Positions 19,993 through 26,798 of a stretch of DNA of 26,798 nt are shown in pieces (position 1 is the stretch's first letter; the number at the start of each line of letters is the position of its first letter). A model generated the notes under the pieces. That model was not told where the DNA came from and made no database searches. It worked only from the letters and a program-made list of their open reading frames with translations. This stretch comes from Cyanophora paradoxa CCMP329. Lineage: Eukaryota; Plantae; Glaucophyta. Both the position numbers and the translations under genes were made by a program. The stretch covers positions 1 through 26,798 of the forward strand of contig QPMI01000381.1 of NCBI GenBank assembly GCA_004431415.1. The letters run 5' to 3'.

Positions 19993-20210
19993 CCCCGCCC
20001 CCCACCCGCCCCGCCCCGCCCCGTGCCCCCAACCGCCCCTCCACCGCCTCCGGCGGCCTCCGCCACGGCCTCCACGCCCGCCGCCGCCCCGAGACAAGAA
20101 CACAGACGACGCTCGTTCGGATTCGAAGGGACAGGGACGAGGGCTAGGACGGGGTTGGACGCGCGGGGCCTCATGAGAGGTCGAGGGGCAGGGGATCGGC
20201 GGGCGGGGTG

Positions 20211-21868
20211 TCACCTGGACGGGGAGGCGGCGCGGGGGGCGGGTGAGGAGAGGCCGCGGCGGCCGGGGAGGGGCGGGGAGGGGGAGCGGGCGCCATCGAG
20301 GCGGGAGGCGGGGCGTGCGGCGGGGTCGGGCTCGGCGGGGGCCCCCGGGCGCTTGCCGATGTGGAGCGCCTTTGTGAGCATCCTCAGGAAAGGGGGGTTC
20401 CCGACCTGGCGACGAGGAGGCGACGATCATGAGGGGCGATGCGCGGGGCGGCGGGGCTGCGGGGCGGGTGCGGGGAGCGGGGCGGGGCGGGCGGGGCGGG
20501 CACCCCCTCGTACATGACGTCCGCCACGCTCACCTTCCCGTCCGAGTTCGAGTCCGCGTACACGACTGGCCCCGCCCCCCGCCTCACCGCGGCGCCCCGG
20601 CCCGGGGCGGGGCGGGGGGCGGGGCGGGGCGGACTGATCTCGCCGGCCTGGCGGTCGGCCTCGTGGAGGAAGTGCTTGATGGTGCGGGAGTAGGGGGAGA
20701 TCTGCTGGAGGAAGAGCTCCTTGAGCTCCTCCTTGGTGGCGAGGCCGGAGGGGAGCTTGGCGAAGATGGCGTGCAGCTCGGCCTGCACCTCCCCGTGCAG
20801 CAGCGCCGCCATCCCCAGCCGCAGCTCCTGCAGCCGCACCGCCGACGCCCCCGGCGTCTTCAGGAAGCGCTGCCCCCGCGTCACGCCCCGGGGGGCAGGG
20901 GACGGGACGGGGGGCGCGCGAAGAACTCGGGGGCGAAGTCGTCGCGGGAGATGCCGCAGGCGTCGAGGAAGCGGACCATCGCGGGGAAGGTCAGCCGCCC
21001 CGTCGAGTCCGCGTGCTGCCGGAACTCTGCCCCCGTCTCAGCCTCGCCCCGAGCTGGCCCAAACGACTCGCAGGCCTCTAAATGACGCATGTCGCATGCT
21101 TCATACGAGTGCGCCCCCCGCCCCGCCCCGCCCCGCCCCGCCGCGGGGCGCGCACCCTTCTCGATCTCCGCGAAGTCGAGGCGCTTTAGGCGCTGGGCGA
21201 CCTGCCGCAGGGCTCGCCGGGGCGCGGGCGGGGGGGGGGGGGGGGGAGGGGGGGAGGGGGGGAGGGGGGGGAGGGGGGCCCGCCCCTCGGCGGGGGCGCA
21301 CGCGGGTCATCTGGAAGCGGCGATAGATCTCGAGGCTGTGGCTCTTGGCCGTCGTGCGCATCTCCTCGCGCCCCATGCGCGGCCTCATCTCCCGCAGCTC
21401 CGGCCTCAGGCTCCGGTCCTCCAAGCTCCGCACAACCTGCCGCCCCGCCGTCCGCCCTCCCCCGTCCGCCGCGCGAGAGACGCGAGGGGCACCTTCCTCA
21501 GGTAGCTTCGCTTCTCCAGCGCCCCGAGGTACGAGGGCCGGGGCTTGAAATAGTCGTCCTCCACCACCTGTGGCTGCGGAAGCTCGGGAGCGCTGACGCT
21601 CGGCGCCAGCGTCCGCGAGGTCGCGGACGGCGCCAGGCTGCGGTGCGTCGTGGCGCCCTCAAGGTGCCGCATGCTCTTCGACGGCGACAGGGTTGCGGCT
21701 GTGGTTGACCGCGTCAGCGCCGGGGCGGCCGCGTGCGCATGGGATGCTGTCCTCTCCAACCGCACTGTCCTCGTCTTCTGCAACGGGGGAACTGCTGGGC
21801 GTCAGCTCAAAAGACCGCCAACGTCAGCGAAGGCGGGGCGCACGGCTAGAGAACGATTCGCGCTCCAT
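20211..21868 (-). CDS. EF-hand protein (neuronal calcium sensor/calcineurin B-like C-terminus) with basic disordered N-terminus
   Basis: ATG at 21868. ADSTGRLTFPAM, LQELRLGMAALLHGEVQAELHAIF, ADSNSDGKVSVADVMYEGVGNPPFLRML (EF loop DxNxDGxVSxxD). Stop at 20211-20213. Confidence 0.78.
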
Positions 21869-22266
21869 GGGCGGGCGCCTTGGTTACAAAGCCCGCGCTG
21901 TCATTTGATGCTGGGCAGACGCTTGCTTACTGCTTGGCTACTTCTGGCTGATGCGAACGAAGCGTTGCATACTGGTTGGTCGTGTCTGAAATGCATACTG
22001 GCCTTAGCTAGCACTGCTTTGCAGTGCGTCCTCGCGGCCGTAGCTGTGTTTCCTTCATACTGACACACGAACGGTATCTACTTGTGTATCCGCGCGCGCG
22101 AGCATCGCCCCCGGTCCAAGTTTGGCACAGGCGGCGCGCGGGCGCTCGCCGCCAGATTCCTTCAAAGCGCCGCACCTAAGCTTCCTTCACAGCAACTCTT
22201 CGTGCACCTGGCGGCGCGCAGGCGCCCACCCGCCAACAGCTGCAGCCGCAGCTCATCAGGACAAGG

Positions 22267-23379
22267 ATGACGGGGAAAGCCCGGCTCATCGGCTCAGTCA
22301 TCGGAGGCCTTGAACTCGTCGTCACAATTCTCACGGCCGTCGCTCTCGGCTCGCTCCAGTGGTGCGCTTAGCGCTCCCCCACCCCCTGGGCCCGCCACAA
22401 ACCCGGGGCTGCTGGCAGGTCCCGTGCGAATCTGGCGGCTTCGATTCCTGAGAAAGCCCTGGAAACGAGCTCGCAGGTGCGCACGGGCTGCGGTAGGCTG
22501 CGGGCGTCGTGTCGCCCGCCATGGAGCCGCACACGGCGATGCCGGCACAGGTCTTGATCGCGCGCGCAGGTGGACGTCGGCCTCCTGCGCGCGCGCGCGA
22601 CGGTCGTCCAGCAGCTCGGCTTCGGGGTCAACCGTGAATCCGTCGAGGGTGCCCGCCCCGCCCCGCCCCGCCCCGCCTTGCCCCGCCCCGCCCCGCGGCC
22701 AACGCGGGGTGCGCGGGCAGCGGCGGTGGACAAGGTCTGCAGCGCTTTCGAGGGGGTGCTGGCGATCCCGGGGAGCAGCGCGGGGATCGCCCTGGCGCAG
22801 GCGGCCGGCAGCGGGGCGGCCTGCGAGCGCGCGGCCGCGGCCGGCAAGTCGGCCTTCGCCTTCGTGCTCACCTCCCTCCTCCTCAACTTCCTCGCCGCCT
22901 GCGGCTTCGCCTTCTGGGTCGCCGTCGGGGCCAGCTACGCGAGCTACCCGGCGCGCACGCTCTGGGCCTTCCAGTCGGTCGTGGTGGGCGCGGGGGCGGC
23001 GCTCCTCACGGTGGGGACGATCGCCTGGGGCGCCGGCCTCCACGTCGCCGTGCTGGAGATGTACCCCGCGCCCCAGAGCGTCGCCATCGGCCCCCACGCC
23101 GCCCTCTGCATCGCCGCCCTCCTCCTCAACCTCCTCGCCGCGTCCGCCCCGCCCCGCCCCCCGGCCCTCGGCCGCCCAGCGCGAGCGGGGGCGCAGGGTG
23201 CTGTGCTGCGCGCTGTGGGGCGCGGCGACGCGGGGCGGGGAGGGGGTCGTCCCCGCCGAGGCCCGCCCCTACGTCGTCAAGCCCCAGGGCGACGCCCCCA
23301 AGGTCCCCCCCTGCCCCCGCCCCGCCCCCGCCCCGCCGACCCTCCTGCTCGGCAGGCCGCGCAGCGCTCCGTGCCGTGA
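22267..23379 (+). CDS. Four-TM claudin/PMP22/amastin-like membrane protein
   Basis: TM1 (LELVVTILTAVALGSLQW), loop with W..VGLL..C..C, three further hydrophobic helices, juxtamembrane CC. The spliced model ends AAQRSVP*. Confidence 0.68.
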
Positions 23380-23829
23380 CCGCGCCCCGCCGCGCACGAG
23401 GCACGCAGAGCCGGCACGGGGCCCGAGAGGGGGGCGACGGGGCGCGCCTCGCGGGCCTCCCGAGGGCCCCTCCGAGAGGAGCGGGGCGAGGAGCGCGGCC
23501 GCAGCCTCCGCCCCCGCCCCGCCTGCAGCGCCGCCCAGCCGGCGCGACTGCGGCTTGCGGAGACCGCTCGCTGGGCTCCCGGCCGCCCCGTCGCCGCTCG
23601 AGGTGCCGCTGCGCGTCGCCCCCGCGAGGGCCCCTGCAGCCGCCCAGCCGGGGCGCTTGGCGCGGCTCGGGGCGGGGCCTGCTGAAGACATCGGCGGGGG
23701 CAGCCCGCGCGCTCCTTTCCTCTCTGCCCCGCTCCCTGCAACGACCAAGGCCCCTCGAGCGCTCAAGTTTTCCACGACGCCGCACGCTTAAGCCCGACGC
23801 CGTCACGGAGTCAGCCGGAGCGTTATGAT

Positions 23830-24330
23830 CGGAATTCAGAACACGAATGATTGAAGTGCACTGTAGGTGAATGAATTGACGAATGAATAATCAGAACACG
23901 TACGCGTTAGGTCGGGCCGGGGGCCCGGGGCCCGCGGACAGGGGACTCCGGGAAAAAATGCTCGCCAGATGCAGGCGTCTGCTCAGCGGCTGGCATGCGC
24001 AGCTGCAGCTGCTGAGCCTCGCGATCGGAGCCGGAAGTGCCGAAGAGTTTGCCAAGTTGGAAGGCCCATTATCCATTGCCAAGTTGGGCCAGGCCGCGGG
24101 CCAAGGTGGCCCAGTGGCCCGGCTAGTACCGTATACGTAGTACCGGGCCCGGCCGCGGGGTGCACTGTGCGCACATGCCCAACGGTTCAGCCCTCAGGGC
24201 CTGGCAGTGATGTTCAGCCCTGGCAGCGCTAGCCGCTGAGCCCCGGCAGTGATCATGACCGCCGGCCCGTCGGCTCATGGTCCGATCGCGATGATCATGA
24301 CCATGAGTCAGTGACCGTCGGACTCAGCTT
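23830..24330. other. Intergenic mosaic of short direct and inverted repeats
   Basis: ttgccaagttgg x2, tagtaccg x2, gttcagccct x2, tgatcatgacc x2, cagctgcagctg, gatcgcgat, repeated gaatga. Confidence 0.6.
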
Positions 24331-24589
24331 CAAAAAGGCTTCGTGCCTGCCGCATCATGGCATCCGCAGGCCGGCGCCGAGTCCTGCGAGGCTCAGAGCC
24401 CTCCGGATCCCTCCCAGCTGCAGGGCCCGGGCCGGGCCTCATTTCCCTCTAAAATTTCCCTCTTCCCAATTAACTGCGAAGTTGCAGTGCAATGTCGGGT
24501 CGCGGAATGGTTTAATTGGTGCTCATGATCTTCGAGGGGCCGCCGTGGCACGGGGTCGGGGCTCGGGGCCGGGTCGCGATCGACTGCGA

Positions 24590-26798
24590 TCAGCGCTCGG
24601 CGTACGCGTGGTCCGGCCCGTGCACGCTCAGGTCCGCCTCGTGCCCCGAACCGGCCCCGCCCTCGCCCACCGAGCCCAAGGCCACGCCGGCGCCGGCCGC
24701 GTCGAGCCCCGCGATTAGGCTCATGCTGCGCGGCCGCACCCGCCGGAAGCTCGCGCTGCCGCGGCGCCGCGTGTCAGGGACGAAGGGCTGGCCGGCGCGG
24801 CGCCCGTGATGGGTGGGGGCCGGGGGCACCTGGAGGGGAGGGCGGCGCCGGAGCGCACGACGCGGGCCTCCTGCGGCGCGGCCTCCCCGCGGGGCCGCCG
24901 GGGGCCGCCGCCGGCCCTCCGCGGGGCCGAGGCCGAGAAAGAGGCCCGCCGCAGCGGCGGCGTCGCCCCGGCCCCGAGCGCCGCCGCCCCGCCCCTCGCC
25001 CTCCGACGAGAAGAGGGCGCGGGCCGGCCCCGCGGCCGCCCGCCGCCGGCCTCCGAGGCGGCGGGGGCGTCGGGGCCCTCCCCGCGCGGCGCGGCCACGG
25101 CGCGAAGGGCGAGAAGGGCGCCGAGGGGACCCTGAGGCCGCCGGCCCGAGGGGCGAGGCGGCAGCGCCGGCCGCTCCGGCGTGCGCCGGCGGAGTGCGCG
25201 GGAAAGAGCGGGGCGCCGCCGGCCGTCCGCGGCGCCGCCCGGAGGGCGGGGCGGCCGCGGCGAAGGGCGAGGGCGGCGAGGGCGGCGAGACAGGCAGCGC
25301 AGGCGACGGGCAGGGGCAGCTGCGCGGGGAGGGGCGCCGAGGGGGCGGCCGGCGGCCCCGCGACGGTGGCGAGGCGGCGGGCGGCGGGGCGGGGCTGCGG
25401 GGCGCGGGGGGTGAGGGAGGCGGGCCGGGGGCGGGGGCGGGCGGACGGGGCGGGGAGCGGGGCGAGGCGGAGCTCGTCGAAGGCGGCGGCGCAGGCGCCG
25501 GCCGAGAAGAGCGCGACGCCGCCCGCCGCGGGGCCCCCGGCCCCGCCTCCTCCCACGCCCCCGCACGACGCCGTCCACGCGCGCCTCCACCTGCCCCCGC
25601 GCCCCTCGCCCCCCGCCCCGGCCCCGGGCGGCGGCGCGCACGCGGCCGCCGGCGACGTCGATCTCCACCGCGTGCGAGCGCCCCAGGGCGAGCCTGCGGA
25701 GGCGGGCCGTCGGAGGGGCGGCGGGGCCGGAGGGCGGAAAAGAGGCGGGCCCGCCGGGGGAGGAGGCGAGGGTGCGGGCGCCGGCGGGGGTGACGCGGGC
25801 GAGGGCGCAGGCGGCGGCGTCGCAGGCGAAGCGCAGGTGGCTCTCCGGCCCCTCGAACCTGCGCGGCGCCAGAGGACGGGAGAGGCGGGGGCGGGGGCGG
25901 GGCGGGGCGGGGCGGACCGGAGGAGGGCGCCGAGGGAGCCGGGGGAGAGGGGCAGGAGGGCGAAGGCGAGGCGGTAGTCCCGCCACGCCGCCCCCCGCTG
26001 CAGCGCCAGGCCCGTGCCCCGCAGCGCCGCCGCGGAGCCCGACCCGACGCAGGCCGTCTGCTGCAGGGAGCCCCAGGCGACGCGCCAGCGCGAGGGGCCT
26101 CCTTCCGGCGTCTGCCGGCCGGCTTGTGAGGGGGCCTCGGAGGAAGGCGGGGCGGGGGTCGGGCCTGGTCGAAGGGCCGCCAGGCGGCGAGGGCATCGGC
26201 GTCGCTGAACGGCTCGTAGAGCTCCGGCACGCCTGCCGCCCCGTGAGGCGTGCCCCCGGCGGGCGCCCCGCGCGCCGCACCCTCGGCCTCCTCCTCCGGC
26301 GCCGCTTCCCCGGGCCCGGGAGCCCCACTGGGAGGGGCCCCAGGGGTCGGCCCCGCCGCCTCCGGGGCCTGGGTCGGCGCCGGTGGAGGCAGTGAGGCGG
26401 TGGCGGCGGGGGGCGGGGCGGTGGGCGGGGCCCGGGCGGCGGGGGTCGGCGACGGGCTGCTGGTCGCCTCGGCGGCCTCCGCTGGCGAGCTGCTCGGCGC
26501 CGCGCTCGGAGGCGGCGTCGGGGAGGCAGCGTCCGCGCGAGGGGCCGCCTCCTGCGAGGGCCCCGCCCCGCTCTCCCCAGCAGCCGGCGAGGGCGAAGCC
26601 GGCGGCAGGGCGGGCGTGGCGGAGGGCCGGGGCTCGCGGCCGCGGTGCTCGCGGCGGTAGGCGAGGGGAGCGGGGACGGGGGCGGCAGGGCGGGTGATGC
26701 GGAGGGTTCGGGTGACGCGGGGCTCGCGGGGGTGGGGGTGGGCGAAGAGAGAGGTGAAAGGGATGGTTGCGGGGCGGGGGAGTGGCGGGTGGAGGGTC
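24590..26798 (-). CDS. Probable single-pass surface protein: Pro/Ser/Ala stalk, ConA-like lectin/glucanase beta-sandwich, TM helix and tail; 5' end outside the window
   Basis: LYEPFSD..AWRPFDQ/EGPSRWRV..LQQ..WRDYRLAFAL..GSLGALLRF..HLRF..HAVEIDV..VEARVDG..GGVALFS..AAFDELRL fits a ConA-like (DUF1080/levanase-type) pattern, followed by LPVACAACLAALAALALRR. Exon limits and stop are uncertain. Confidence 0.6.
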   Translation of the reverse strand, partial: TLHPPLPRPATIPFTSLFAHPHPREPRVTRTLRITRPAAPVPAPLAYRREHRGREPRPSATPALPPASPSPAAGESGAGPSQEAAPRADAASPTPPPSAAPSSSPAEAAEATSSPSPTPAARAPPTAPPPAATASLPPPAPTQAPEAAGPTPGAPPSGAPGPGEAAPEEEAEGAARGAPAGGTPHGAAGVPELYEPFSDADALAAWRPFDQARPPPRLPPRPPHKPAGRRRKEAPRAGASPGAPCSRRPASGRAPRRRCGARAWRCSGGRRGGTTASPSPSCPSPPAPSAPSSGPPRPAPPPPPPLPSSGAAQVRGAGEPPALRLRRRRLRPRPRHPRRRPHPRLLPRRARLFSALRPRRPSDGPPPQARPGALARGGDRRRRRPRARRRPGPGRGARGAGAGGGARGRRRAGAWEEAGPGAPRRAASRSSRPAPAPPPSTSSASPRSPPRPPAPAPGPPPSPPAPRSPAPPPAASPPSRGRRPPPRRPSPRSCPCPSPALPVSPPSPPSPFAAAAPPSGRRRGRPAAPRSFPRTPPAHAGAAGAAASPLGPAASGSPRRPSRPSRRGRAARGGPRRPRRLGGRRRAAAGPARALFSSEGEGRGGGARGRGDAAAAAGLFLGLGPAEGRRRPPAAPRGGRAAGGPRRALRRRPPLQVPPAPTHHGRRAGQPFVPDTRRRGSASFRRVRPRSMSLIAGLDAAGAGVALGSVGEGGAGSGHEADLSVHGPDHAYAER

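Noticed and set aside
87-26697. Numerous long Pro/Arg/Gly-rich ORFs (e.g. 739-2484, 12135-14171, 18673-20430, 24721-26328)
   Set aside because: Stop codons are rare at this GC content. These are shadow frames or read-through of ccccg/ggggc introns.

Overview
Extremely GC-rich, gene-dense eukaryotic nuclear DNA with many short (about 45-90 bp) spliceosomal introns, so most long ORFs in the supplied track are shadow or intron read-through frames. The host is probably an alga with a primary plastid: the Z-ISO presequence starts 'MFV', as in glaucophyte/red-algal transit peptides (inference). Manual splicing gives eight genes: (1) a NO VEIN/sacsin-like protein (-, runs off the left edge); (2) a very large protein with four beta/gamma-crystallin-like domains followed by about 13 acidic-spaced helical 'LLAxFRAL' repeats (+); (3) a convergent, diverged paralog sharing those repeats (-); (4) zeta-carotene isomerase Z-ISO (-); (5) TBC1D19 (+); (6) an NCS/calcineurin-B-like EF-hand protein (-); (7) a claudin/amastin-like four-TM protein (+); (8) a Pro/Ser-stalk, ConA-like lectin membrane protein (-, runs off the right edge). 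The most striking structure is an 11.3-kb cassette (3776-15083) bounded by ~150-170 bp inverted repeats with 52 identical bp at their outer ends, enclosing exactly the two convergent paralogs. Also notable: an intron amplified inside a 480-bp tandem repeat, an antisense exon copy forming a ~120-bp hairpin, frequent GC-AG introns and palindrome-mosaic spacers. All exon models are read by eye; no searches were run.
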